Of a DNA stretch of 32,000 bases, positions 12,642 through 21,249 are shown in pieces. A model generated the notes under the pieces. The model had not been told where the DNA came from. It saw nothing but the letters and a program-made list of their open reading frames with translations, and searched no databases. The stretch spans positions 1,920,001 through 1,952,000 of the forward strand of contig NZ_CP032551.1 in assembly GCF_009734345.1 (NCBI RefSeq), in the 5' to 3' direction. Numbering within the stretch: position 1 is the first letter of the stretch; each line of letters opens with the position of its first letter. The position numbers and the translations under genes were made by a program. Origin of the DNA: Pseudidiomarina andamanensis (GTDB lineage Bacteria; Pseudomonadota; Gammaproteobacteria; Enterobacterales; Alteromonadaceae).

Positions 12642-12694
12642 AAAATTTTTCAGAAATTAAAAATTTTTTTGAACTATTTTTTATACCGCCAGTC

Positions 12695-12810
12695 TGAATC
12701 AGTGAAAGGCGCATTAAACGAATCGAGTTCGTTTGTCATTACCTTTCTGAGATGTTCTCTCCCTGGATTGTAAGAACTTTTGCCCGGCTTTATGCCGGGC
12801 TTTTTCTTTT
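12695..12810 (+). ncRNA. candidate small RNA downstream of polA, in the position spf (Spot 42) occupies in enterics
   Basis: Three consecutive hairpins are visible. They are AAACGAA/TTCGTTT (12716-12734), GTTCT/AGAAC (about 12754-12777) and the terminator GCCCGGC/GCCGGGC (12782-12800) followed by TTTTTCTTTT. The terminator lies about 140 nt past the polA stop. The 5' end and promoter are not defined. Confidence 0.3.
12782..12810 (+). terminator. rho-independent terminator
   Basis: A 7-bp GC-rich stem GCCCGGC-TTTAT-GCCGGGC followed by TTTTTCTTTT. Confidence 0.8.
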
Positions 12811-12823
12811 CTGAAGCCTAAGT

Positions 12824-13735
12824 TTAGGCAGTTGGCGCAACGCGAGGCTTACGGGCGCGTCGATTAGCAATAAATACGCCAGTCAAAATGGCCGCCATAC
12901 CAATTGCGTGCTCAACTAAGAACGGCTCACCATCAACCACCCCAAGTATCAACGCCACAATCGGAATGAGGTAAGTGACGGAGCTGGTAAACGTCGTATC
13001 AGTCATTTTTACAACCGTATTAAAAATGACGAGCGCCATTGCCGTCCCAACAACACCAAGTATCAAAATCGCTGTTAGCGAGAAATAGGCATCGGGTTGC
13101 GAACCAAGTTGCTCAACAAACGGTGTTGCGAACAGCAAATAAATAAGTGCTGGCGGCGCTACTAGAAACAGGCTAACACCGGTTATGGTAAGCGCGCCTA
13201 AATCAGGAATGTGATGCTTTATGAGGTTGAGGTTTATGCCGTAGCAAATAGTTGCCACGATAATTAGGAGCGCATAGGCATTAAACTGGAACTCACCACT
13301 GGCATTAGCGGTAATTAAAATCACCGTGCCGGCTAAACCAATCAGAACGCCAACCCATTGTTGTACAGCGACAATCTGATGAAAAACCAATACACCAATG
13401 ATTAGGGTAGCCAGTGGCGTAAATGTATTGAGTACACCAGTCACGCCACTTGGTAATTGTGTTTGCGCAAACGCGAACAAAAACGCAGGAATAAAGCTGC
13501 CAACTAAACCCACCGAAATAAGCTTCGGCCAGTGATAACGTTGCACGGTTCTAAACCGGCGCATTAAAAATGGCAGTAACACGAAGCCGGCAGAAGCAAT
13601 GCGAATTGCAGCGAGCTGATCGGGACGAAAGGCTATAAGCCCTTTTTTAATCAAGATGAAGGAGCTGCCCCAAATCATTGCGAGCAACAACAACAGTAAC
13701 CAAGCTTTTAGAGGCGGAGTGTCACTCTGTTGCAT
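12824..13735 (-). CDS. EamA/DMT-family transporter
   Basis: About 10 predicted TM helices arranged as two similar halves. Length is 303 aa. The start overlaps the engB stop by 14 nt. Confidence 0.8.
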   Translation of the reverse strand: MQQSDTPPLKAWLLLLLLAMIWGSSFILIKKGLIAFRPDQLAAIRIASAGFVLLPFLMRRFRTVQRYHWPKLISVGLVGSFIPAFLFAFAQTQLPSGVTGVLNTFTPLATLIIGVLVFHQIVAVQQWVGVLIGLAGTVILITANASGEFQFNAYALLIIVATICYGINLNLIKHHIPDLGALTITGVSLFLVAPPALIYLLFATPFVEQLGSQPDAYFSLTAILILGVVGTAMALVIFNTVVKMTDTTFTSSVTYLIPIVALILGVVDGEPFLVEHAIGMAAILTGVFIANRRARKPRVAPTA

Positions 13736-14360
13736 CGGCGCTAACCGTTGCTTCTGCTGGGGTGTTAAGCCAGTCGGATAGAATCACTTCAACTTGTGGA
13801 AGGCCGATTTTGTTATGCGACGAAAACATCTCTACCAGCACGCTACCACCGAACACCAACGCAGCTTCACGAGCCTGTAGTAACGTGCTTTTACGTTGAC
13901 CAGGCTTCAACTTGTCGGCCTTAGTAAGCAACACTAGAACTGGAATGCCGCAGTCGGTTGCCCAATGCAGTAAATCCTGATCAGTGTCACGGTATGGATG
14001 GCGAATATCCATCAATAATACGAGGCCACGCAGAGACTGACGTTTCTGTAAGTATTCACTGAGTGCTTGGTTCCATTTTTCTTTAACGGCCAAAGGCACT
14101 TTGGCATAACCATAGCCTGGTAAATCGATTAAGCGTTTATTAGGTTGCACTTCGAAAACGTTGATTAACTGCGTACGGCCAGGCGTTTTACTGGTGCGCG
14201 CTAATGCTTTTTGGCGCGTAATAGTATTCAAAGCGCTTGATTTGCCCGCGTTTGATCGACCCGCAAAAGCAATTTCGACCCCTGAATCTTCAGGCAATTG
14301 TCGAATATTTGCGGCGCTCGTGATAAATTTTGTGGGCTGAAAGTTTAACGTGGTATTCAT
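13722..14360 (-). CDS. engB: ribosome-biogenesis GTPase EngB/YihA
   Basis: G1 motif [10 protein letters not shown]3 DLPGYGYA and G4 TKADK. The start is set at [12 protein letters not shown] by alignment to E. coli YihA; the track ORF extends 11 codons further upstream. Confidence 0.92.
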   Translation of the reverse strand: MNTTLNFQPTKFITSAANIRQLPEDSGVEIAFAGRSNAGKSSALNTITRQKALARTSKTPGRTQLINVFEVQPNKRLIDLPGYGYAKVPLAVKEKWNQALSEYLQKRQSLRGLVLLMDIRHPYRDTDQDLLHWATDCGIPVLVLLTKADKLKPGQRKSTLLQAREAALVFGGSVLVEMFSSHNKIGLPQVEVILSDWLNTPAEATVSADATE

Positions 14361-14476
14361 AAACGTATTGTGCGACCTCATTTGAAACCACATAGTAGCA
14401 TGATTAGACGTTTAATCCTTACAACTTTTGTGTAAAATAGCGTCTGTTACAACTACCCAGAGCAGAGATATCGATC

Positions 14477-15103
14477 ATGAAAAAAATCGCAATGTTCGTA
14501 GGCCTGTACCTTGGCTTGACTGGTGTTGCCATGGCAGCAACTGGCGATGCGGAAGCAGGACAACAGAAATCCGCTGTATGTGCTGCGTGTCACGGGCCGG
14601 ATGGTAATGCACCATCTGATATGTATCCGAAAATTGCTGGTCAGCATGAAAGCTACCTGTTGAAACAGCTGAAAGATTATAAGCTAGCTGCTGAAACTGG
14701 CGGCGAGCAAGGTCGTGCAAACGCAATCATGCAAGGTCAAGTGATGATGTTGAGTGAGCAAGATATGGCTGACTTAGCAGCATATTTCGCATCACAAGAA
14801 ATGGAAGGTGGAGCAGCACCGGAAGACGTGATTGCAGCAGGTGAGAAATTATTTGTTGCTGGTGATGAGTCTCGCGGCATTGCAGCTTGTGCAGCATGCC
14901 ATGGGCCACGCGGCGACGGCATGGCGTTAGCTAACTTTCCAAATATCTCAGGTCAACATGCAGCATATACCAAGCAACAGCTTGAGTTGTTCCGCAGTGG
15001 CGAACGCGCGAATGATATGAACAATATGATGCGCGACGTGGCGAGTAAATTGACAGATAAAGATATCGAAATCTTATCTCAGTACATTCAAGGCCTGTAC
15101 TAA
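14477..15103 (+). CDS. dihaem cytochrome c4
   Basis: A signal peptide plus two CAACHG haem-binding motifs (SAVCAACHGPDG and IAACAACHGPRG). The gene is divergent from engB, an arrangement I recall from Pseudomonas. Confidence 0.9.
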   Translation: MKKIAMFVGLYLGLTGVAMAATGDAEAGQQKSAVCAACHGPDGNAPSDMYPKIAGQHESYLLKQLKDYKLAAETGGEQGRANAIMQGQVMMLSEQDMADLAAYFASQEMEGGAAPEDVIAAGEKLFVAGDESRGIAACAACHGPRGDGMALANFPNISGQHAAYTKQQLELFRSGERANDMNNMMRDVASKLTDKDIEILSQYIQGLY

Positions 15104-15117
15104 AATAGGCGAGAAAA

Positions 15118-15140
15118 GGCAGCGAGAGCTGCCTTTTTTG
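15118..15140. terminator. intrinsic terminator after cytochrome c4
   Basis: Stem GGCAGC-GAGA-GCTGCC, flanked by an A-run upstream and TTTTTTGTTTTTTT downstream. Confidence 0.8.
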
Positions 15141-15271
15141 TTTTTTTGTTGCAAAAAAAACGTAAGAAAAGCCCTATAAAATCGCGAGCTTGGCAATAAA
15201 GTTATAAAGAAATTCATTTTTAGAACATAATAATCATTGATAATTCGGCACGAATCAGTACTCTGAATGCC

Positions 15272-15546
15272 ATTGGATTTACGGGAAGCCACATAATATA
15301 AGGCTTCCACTGTAATCGAAATTAAAATCCAGGGAATAACAACACGGCCAGGAGGCCGACTTTTAACCAAGCAGAATAAAAACAACAGAGCTCGGTTAAT
15401 GCGCTTAACTAATAACAATAATAATAAAGACCTCACGGACGTTATAATTAAAAACATGGAAGATAATGACAACCGTTCTCGAAATCGCACGTGCGCTGTG
15501 TGAAAGAATGAGAATAAACTGGGCGATGGCAACATCGCCTTTTTTA
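15272..15546 (+). ncRNA. candidate CsrB/CsrC (Rsm)-family CsrA-sequestering sRNA
   Basis: Six GGA motifs on the + strand lie between 15275 and 15460. One is a textbook CGGCC-AGGA-GGCCG hairpin (15345-15358). Another stem is GGAAGCC/GGCTTCC (15284-15308). A strong terminator GGCGATG-GCAA-CATCGCC+TTTTTT spans 15522-15546. The locus lies in the cc4-yihI gap, immediately upstream of yihI and on its strand; csrC lies between yihA(engB) and yihI in E. coli. The 5' end is guessed from TTGATA(15237)-N16-TACTCT. Confidence 0.45.
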
Positions 15547-15637
15547 TTGCCTGCTAGATCAGTTAAACTATGCGCTACGTTTGCAAGCACGCTATGCTTA
15601 AGCCAACGTATTACATTCAACTGTTCTGGAAACACAC

Positions 15638-16159
15638 ATGACACGCGTCAAGAAAACCCGCAAAACTGGTCCGTTAGCTCCATCCAAGAAACCTCAAAAG
15701 GATTGGGAGCAACCGAAGACAAAATCAGCACCATCAAAACCGACGCATAAAACCAAAGGCCACAAACCGGGTAGCCGCTTTAACCCGCCTTCAAATCAAG
15801 GCAAACGCCAAGAAGCGAGTGGTAATTCGCAAGCGCATGATCCACGCCATGGTAGCAAGAAACCAATTAGCCTGATTGATCCTAAGCAAGCTGCTCAGAT
15901 GCCACAACCGCCTAGCTTCGACCGTAAAGCAGCGATGGCAGAGCTAACCTCTATTGAAAATGATGAGCGCTTGCAAGCGTTGTTAGAACGCGCTGAAGAT
16001 GGCGAATCATTAAGCGCCGTTGATACAAAATACATGGAAGAGCGTACTGAAAGATTCTCACAGCTCGCTGAAATACTCGGCATTGAGCTTGAAGACGACG
16101 ATGACTTTGATGATTTAGATTTCGACGACGAATTTGAGGATGACGATGAGAGAAGCTAA
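15638..16159 (+). CDS. yihI: Der GTPase-activating protein YihI
   Basis: A basic N-terminus (KGHKPGSRF...DPRHGSKKPI) and a highly acidic C-terminal tail are both characteristic of YihI. Confidence 0.85.
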   Translation: MTRVKKTRKTGPLAPSKKPQKDWEQPKTKSAPSKPTHKTKGHKPGSRFNPPSNQGKRQEASGNSQAHDPRHGSKKPISLIDPKQAAQMPQPPSFDRKAAMAELTSIENDERLQALLERAEDGESLSAVDTKYMEERTERFSQLAEILGIELEDDDDFDDLDFDDEFEDDDERS

Positions 16160-16610
16160 CTTGCCGGTGTGGACTTGGATTGCCGTTTTACTTGGTATTG
16201 TAATCATTGCTGGGTTGGCGTTTTATGCTGGTCGCCTGTTAGCGCAATTAAAGGCGCAGAATCAGCGTCGTGATCAAGCGTTAGCAAAGCGAAATGAGAA
16301 TCTCCATGAAAGCATCGTGACTATTGCGAAGGCAATGGAGCAGGGGCAATGTCCACTGTCAGAGGGCGCACTTCGTTTAGTCGTGCTGTTGGATTTGCGG
16401 GTAGAATCAAACCAAGCAGGGTATGCAGCAAAATATCCGTCGTTGCATGATATGTATGAGCGAATTAAACACATGCCGACTCATGACGCTCGCAAGCAAT
16501 ACCCCAAAGCAGAAATTCGCAAAATGGATAACGAGCGCGAAGGCTATGAAAAAGAGCTGGAAGACGTGATTTTGCATGACGTCCGCCAGCTCTTGAAAGA
16601 TTTCGCTTAA
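16146..16610 (+). CDS. DUF2489-family membrane-anchored protein
   Basis: A single N-terminal TM segment (WTWIAVLLGIVIIAGLAFYAG) and the motif QGQCPLSEGALRLVVLLD. I prefer the ATG at 16146, with GAGGA 5 nt upstream. The gene overlaps the end of yihI. Confidence 0.7.
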   Translation: MREANLPVWTWIAVLLGIVIIAGLAFYAGRLLAQLKAQNQRRDQALAKRNENLHESIVTIAKAMEQGQCPLSEGALRLVVLLDLRVESNQAGYAAKYPSLHDMYERIKHMPTHDARKQYPKAEIRKMDNEREGYEKELEDVILHDVRQLLKDFA

Positions 16611-16611
16611 G

Positions 16612-17886
16612 TTACTGTTTGTAAACAGTACCGTCTTTCACAACCAAATTGATGTTGCTGAGCAGGGAAATGTCGTTCAAGGGATTTCCCTGTACCGCTA
16701 CCACATCAGCTCGTTTGCCAACTTCAATGGTACCGATATCCGATACGCCTAATAATTTTGATGCTTCAGCGGTAGCGCTTCGAATTGCTACCAGTGGCGG
16801 CATACCTGCTTCAACCATGTAGATAAACTCGCGATAGTTTTCGCCGTGATCGTACACCCCAGCGTCAGTACCAAAAGCAATTTTCACACCAGCTTTGTAC
16901 GCTTCAGCAAACGTACTTTGAATTTTTGGACCAATCGCTGCAGCTTTAGGCCGAACAAGTTCTGGGAAGAACCCATCTATTTTTGCCCGCTCGGCAACCG
17001 AGCGACCAGCCGTAATGGTTGGTACGTAATACACGCCTTTTTTCTTCATCGCGCGCATCACTTCCTCGTCCATGTAAGTACCGTGCTCGATAGAATCAAC
17101 ACCGGCTTCAATGGCACGCAGCATGCCTTCTTTGCCATGTGCGTGAACCGTGACTTTCATTTCGTAATCACGTGCTGTTTTTACCACAGCTTCAAGTTCA
17201 TCCATCATGAACTGAGGGTTATGTCCGCTTTTCGCAACACTTAATACGCCACCCGTAACCGTTAATTTGATCAAGTCTGAACCGTCTTGATAGCGAGCTC
17301 GAACCGCTTGTCTAGCCTCATAAGGCCCGTTCAACACGCCCTCTGCCGGAGTTGGTGTTTCGTACAAGCCGCCATGAGCACCGTTAGTTGGGTCAGCATG
17401 CCCACCGGTAGTTGCAAGCGATTTACCTGCAGTGTAAATACGAGGACCAATCACTTTGCCGGCATTCACCGCGTTACGCAGTGCGATACTGGCATTATAG
17501 GAATCACCTAAATCACGAACGGTAGTGAAACCTGCCATGAGCGTCTTACGCGCGTAATTAACAGCATCCAAAGTGACGTCTGGTGCCCCTTTGGTAAATT
17601 TGTTCATATAGCTGCCGGGGCCCAACTGAGAAGTGAGGTGGGTATGCATGTCGATGAAACCAGGCATCACCGTACCAGTACGACGATCAATCACCACGTC
17701 GCCTTCTTGTGGCTGTTTAAAACCGCTTTCAATCGCTTGGATGATTCCCTCATCAATGACAACGGTCATTTCTGATTTCGGGTTGGCTTGAGTACCGTCA
17801 ATGAGTGTACCCGCGTAAATAAGCGTGTCGGCATGGGCGGTTGAAGCCAAGCCAAGAGCTATAGATACTGCTAATAATTTCCGCAT
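16612..17886 (-). CDS. periplasmic metal-dependent amidohydrolase-family hydrolase
   Basis: Signal peptide MRKLLAVSIALGLASTAHA. Amidohydrolase metal ligands are present: DMHTHL (HxH), VTVHAHG, IEHGT and FGTDAG. Confidence 0.85.
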   Translation of the reverse strand: MRKLLAVSIALGLASTAHADTLIYAGTLIDGTQANPKSEMTVVIDEGIIQAIESGFKQPQEGDVVIDRRTGTVMPGFIDMHTHLTSQLGPGSYMNKFTKGAPDVTLDAVNYARKTLMAGFTTVRDLGDSYNASIALRNAVNAGKVIGPRIYTAGKSLATTGGHADPTNGAHGGLYETPTPAEGVLNGPYEARQAVRARYQDGSDLIKLTVTGGVLSVAKSGHNPQFMMDELEAVVKTARDYEMKVTVHAHGKEGMLRAIEAGVDSIEHGTYMDEEVMRAMKKKGVYYVPTITAGRSVAERAKIDGFFPELVRPKAAAIGPKIQSTFAEAYKAGVKIAFGTDAGVYDHGENYREFIYMVEAGMPPLVAIRSATAEASKLLGVSDIGTIEVGKRADVVAVQGNPLNDISLLSNINLVVKDGTVYKQ

Positions 17887-18011
17887 GTGATTTACCTCGC
17901 TTTATTTTTGCTATAGTCATCACAGTAGCGAGTTATGACTAAAGTGGTCAATGAAGTGGTCAGCAATTAACCGCTTAAACTGAGTGAACTGACGCAACCA
18001 TGGCTAAATCT

Positions 18012-18020
18012 TGGTATAAT
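18012..18020 (+). promoter_or_regulatory. extended -10 promoter element (TGGTATAAT) upstream of cysE
   Basis: A perfect TGnTATAAT lies 37 nt upstream of the cysE ATG. No good -35 is present, which is consistent with an extended -10 promoter. Confidence 0.5.
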
Positions 18021-18056
18021 GCCGCACTTAACGACACCGATTAGGCAGTACATTGC

Positions 18057-18896
18057 ATGTTCAAACGCGTACGAGAAGATATCCAAAGTGTTTTTGCCCG
18101 TGATCCTGCGGCACGAAATGCTTTCGAAGTACTCACAACTTACCCCGGACTTCATGCTATCTGGTGGCATCGCTTTAGCCACAAACTGTGGACGTGGCGT
18201 TGGTATTGGCTCGCGCGTTTTGTCTCCACTATCTCCCGTTGGTTAACAGGTGTCGAAATTCATCCGGGCGCGAAAATCGGACGCCGCTTTTTCATTGATC
18301 ATGGTATGGGCGTAGTGATTGGTGAAACCGCAGAAATCGGCGACGATGTAACCATTTATCATGGGGTCACGCTTGGTGGTACAAGCTGGAATCAAGGTAA
18401 GCGTCATCCAACTCTCAAAAATGGGGTGGTGATTGGCGCTGGCGCGAAAGTTCTCGGCCCGCTAGTCATTGGTGAAAATGCGCGTATTGGCTCCAATGCT
18501 GTTGTGGTAAAAGACGTTCCGGCCGAAGCGACTGTCGTTGGTATTCCCGCTCGAGTGGCTCGAAGTGCGGCTACGGCGGAGACTTCTGAAGTCACTAAAC
18601 GTCGGCAAGAAATTGCAAAGCAATATGGCTTTGATGCGTATGCGATTTCTGCGGACAACCCAGATCCGGTTGCTACGGCGATTGGTCGTATGCTTGACCA
18701 CGTGCATTTGCTAGACCAAAAAGTGAGCGATTTGTGTTGCGCAGTGAATCAACTTGGCGGTAATGTGTGTGAAGAAATACCGGATGTTGATTTGGACGAT
18801 ATGGACTTCCTTAAAGCAGAACAGGAAGCAGCTGAACGTCGTCAGAAAGAGCAGCAGAAAGAGCAACCGAAAAAGTCGCCTACTGAAACCGATTAA
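18057..18896 (+). CDS. cysE: serine O-acetyltransferase, short N-terminal type with a long C-terminal extension
   Basis: Left-handed beta-helix hexapeptide repeats [44 protein letters not shown]... . About 110 further residues end in a charged tail ...[14 protein letters not shown]. Confidence 0.88.
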   Translation: MFKRVREDIQSVFARDPAARNAFEVLTTYPGLHAIWWHRFSHKLWTWRWYWLARFVSTISRWLTGVEIHPGAKIGRRFFIDHGMGVVIGETAEIGDDVTIYHGVTLGGTSWNQGKRHPTLKNGVVIGAGAKVLGPLVIGENARIGSNAVVVKDVPAEATVVGIPARVARSAATAETSEVTKRRQEIAKQYGFDAYAISADNPDPVATAIGRMLDHVHLLDQKVSDLCCAVNQLGGNVCEEIPDVDLDDMDFLKAEQEAAERRQKEQQKEQPKKSPTETD

Positions 18897-18931
18897 CTCG
18901 AGACGATAGCCAGTTGCTAGCGGAGGTTACC

Positions 18932-20131
18932 ATGAAGCTAGCAAATACCTTACTTGCGACAATCTCAATTGTCGTATTATTTGGCTGCGCCAGTCAGTCT
19001 CCAACAAATGCTCTGACACAGGCGCGGCTGCAAGCACACATGCCGAGCTTAAATAATGACTTATTCCTCCAGCCTCAACAGTCCGTTGTCTCAGCGCATC
19101 AACTGTTTGTGTTAACGTCGTCGCAGCAGCAAGACTTTTTACTCGATTTTAATGGCCGACTCAGCGATTTACCTGAGCACGAGCGCATCAGCGTCTATCT
19201 GCACGACATAACCTTCGGATTTAACTACAAAGAAAAAACCTATACCGCGAGCGAAGCGTTTGCCTTAAGTGCCGGTAACTGCATGGCGTTAGCTATTCTT
19301 ACCAAGAGCTTAGCTGACGTTGCTGGTGTCGAAATTAAATTCCAACGCGTCACCAATGCGCCGGTATTTGACCGAAATAATAATATTGTACTTGTTTCAG
19401 ATCATGTCCGTGCTCGGCTATACAAGCCACTCGACACTTTCAACGAAAGTGATGATAAAACGCTGTTGAAACGAGCTTGGGTGGTGGTTGACTATTTCCC
19501 TTCGTCAGCGTCGCAAAATGCTGAAATGATCACTGATACTGAATTTTTGGCTCTGTATTATCGTAACCGAGCGGCAGAACTGATGGTGGATGGATTGGTG
19601 GATGATGCATACGCCTATGCAACTGAAGCACTCAAGTACACACCGAATGACAGTGAAGTACTTAATCTTTTGGGGTTGTTACATGGTCGTAGAGAGGACG
19701 TACTTACTGCCGAGCAACTGTTTCGTTATGCGCTGCGACTAAACCCTGATAATTTGAATGTCTTACATAACTATCAATCGCTTGCTAAACGCCAGCAGCG
19801 CCATGATTTGGTAGCACTACTGGAACAACGTATTCAATCCATTCCGGAAGCGAACCCGTATACGTGGATAGCCTTGGGTGATGTAGCGTTCACGCAAAAT
19901 CAACTTGATACAGCCATGATGATGTATCGTAAGGCAGCGAAGCAGGCGCCTTATGTTCATGAAGCGTATTGGGGGCAAGCTCGTGTACTGGTTGCGCAGG
20001 GTGAAACCCAGCAAGCGCGACGTGTTTTAGAAAAAGGCTTAAGGGAAGCACGGATATCGGCGACCAAAGCTCAATTTAAAACCGGTTGGTACAGTTATCA
20101 AACTCAGGCACAAAAAAAGCCGCTCGATTGA
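18932..20131 (+). CDS. lipoprotein with a transglutaminase-like (Cys-His-Asp) N-domain and C-terminal TPR repeats
   Basis: Lipobox VLFGC after MKLANTLLATISIV, with GGAGG 5 nt upstream of the ATG at 18932. A candidate catalytic triad is visible: SAGNCMALA, SDHVRARL and VVVDYF. The C-terminal half is TPR-like. Confidence 0.7.
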   Translation: MKLANTLLATISIVVLFGCASQSPTNALTQARLQAHMPSLNNDLFLQPQQSVVSAHQLFVLTSSQQQDFLLDFNGRLSDLPEHERISVYLHDITFGFNYKEKTYTASEAFALSAGNCMALAILTKSLADVAGVEIKFQRVTNAPVFDRNNNIVLVSDHVRARLYKPLDTFNESDDKTLLKRAWVVVDYFPSSASQNAEMITDTEFLALYYRNRAAELMVDGLVDDAYAYATEALKYTPNDSEVLNLLGLLHGRREDVLTAEQLFRYALRLNPDNLNVLHNYQSLAKRQQRHDLVALLEQRIQSIPEANPYTWIALGDVAFTQNQLDTAMMMYRKAAKQAPYVHEAYWGQARVLVAQGETQQARRVLEKGLREARISATKAQFKTGWYSYQTQAQKKPLD

Positions 20132-20141
20132 GCGGCTTTTT
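20112..20141. terminator. bidirectional intrinsic terminator between the TPR lipoprotein and csp genes
   Basis: AAAAAAA-GCCGCTC-GATT-GAGCGGC-TTTTT. The stop codon of the lipoprotein gene lies within the loop and stem. Confidence 0.85.
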
Positions 20142-20167
20142 GGAATTCTTCGCTAGAAGAAACGTAA

Positions 20168-20374
20168 TTACATAGGAACTACGTTAGAAGCCTGTGGGCC
20201 TTTAGGACCTTGCTCAATAGTGAACTGAACAGTTTGGCCTTCAGCTAAGGTTTTGAAACCGTCTGATTGGATAGCAGAGAAATGTACGAATACGTCTGCG
20301 CCTTGCTCTTGCTCGATGAAACCGAAACCTTTAGCTTCGTTAAAGAATTTTACTTTACCAGTTACTGTAGACAT
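20168..20374 (-). CDS. cold-shock protein, CspA family
   Basis: Sequence [17 protein letters not shown]...DVFVHFSAI carries the RNP1 and RNP2 motifs. Length is 68 aa. Confidence 0.95.
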   Translation of the reverse strand: MSTVTGKVKFFNEAKGFGFIEQEQGADVFVHFSAIQSDGFKTLAEGQTVQFTIEQGPKGPQASNVVPM

Positions 20375-20519
20375 GCTGTGATTCCTCGTAGTGCATGTGA
20401 AAATCTAGGGTATTGCTAATAAAAATTACGTGTATTACTTGAGGACTTACAAAACGAGGTACAGCAATTGACTTCGTAACAGGCCACAATTAGACAGCCG
20501 AATTTTTCTAGCGACCGCC

Positions 20520-20547
20520 AGTATACGCCGATCCTACACCCTGTCAA
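20520..20547 (-). promoter_or_regulatory. sigma70-type promoter of the csp gene
   Basis: On the minus strand the sequence reads TTGACA-N16-TATACT. This implies a 5' UTR of about 135 nt, which is typical of cspA-family genes. Confidence 0.6.
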
Positions 20548-20576
20548 TTAAAGATTTATTAATGACAATAAGGGGT

Positions 20577-21125
20577 TTAGCCGCGAATCCAGTTTTTTGT
20601 GATATGTCTGAACTGGTCAGTTCCTGAGCGATGAAGCCATTCATAAGCAGCCATTTCCGATGAAATAATTACCACGCCCTCTTGGCGCATACGTTTCAGT
20701 GCGGTTTGTTTGTCACTATCACGACGCGAGCCGACGGCATCTTCTACCACAAATACTTGATAATCATCGGCAATTAAGTCAAGCGCGGTTTGTAATATAC
20801 AGACGTGGGTTTCCATGCCCATCAACACCACTTGCGAACGGTTGATTTCGTTTATGGCATTAATAAAATTTGGCTCCTGCACCGCACTAAAATGCATTTT
20901 CTCGATAACTTGGGCGTTTTCAATGACCCCAGAAAGGTCATCAACGCTAATTCCTAATCCCTTTGGATATTGCTCAGTCACAACCACAGGTACATCTAAC
21001 TCATTGGCGATTTCACCGAGCCAGCGCATACGAGCAATGAGTTGATCGCGCTGATGGATAACCGGGGCAAGTTTTTCTTGTGCATCAACAATAACGAGTA
21101 CGCTCTGATCTGCTTTCATGAGCAT
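20577..21125 (-). CDS. isochorismatase-family cysteine hydrolase
   Basis: Motifs VLVIVDAQ and GMETHVCILQTA (catalytic Cys). AAGGAG lies 8 nt upstream of the first ATG. Confidence 0.85.
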   Translation of the reverse strand: MLMKADQSVLVIVDAQEKLAPVIHQRDQLIARMRWLGEIANELDVPVVVTEQYPKGLGISVDDLSGVIENAQVIEKMHFSAVQEPNFINAINEINRSQVVLMGMETHVCILQTALDLIADDYQVFVVEDAVGSRRDSDKQTALKRMRQEGVVIISSEMAAYEWLHRSGTDQFRHITKNWIRG

Positions 21126-21249
21126 AATGACAACTCCTTTGATTCGAATTAAATTAATTATGCCGCAAAGTTATTGCTATTCCTAATACTTGGCGATACT
21201 TTGACCACTGTCAGGCAATTCACCAAGGTAAGTCACAAGGACGCTGGCC

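Noticed and set aside
12740-12760. Sequence homology to E. coli Spot 42.
   Set aside because: I can find only a 9-nt identity (AGATGTTCT) and no collinear similarity over the rest. I keep the locus only as a positional and structural candidate, not as an spf homologue.
15074-15535. A 153-aa minus-strand ORF filling the cytochrome c4 / yihI gap.
   Set aside because: The translation is low-complexity and hydrophobic or basic junk (LLLLLLVKRINRALLFLFCLV...). It runs through the cytochrome c4 terminator and the 3' end of that gene. The DNA is AT-rich with no RBS. The region is better explained as non-coding (see the sRNA candidate).
15466-15750. A 94-aa + strand ORF upstream of, and overlapping, yihI.
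   Set aside because: It reads straight through a strong intrinsic terminator (15522-15546) and overlaps yihI out of frame. The sequence is not protein-like.
16613-16630. Palindrome TACTGTTT-GT-AAACAGTA at the convergent DUF2489/amidohydrolase junction, considered as a terminator.
   Set aside because: The stem is AT-rich with a 2-nt loop and has no flanking T-run on either strand. It lies inside the amidohydrolase coding end. It is not convincing as a terminator.
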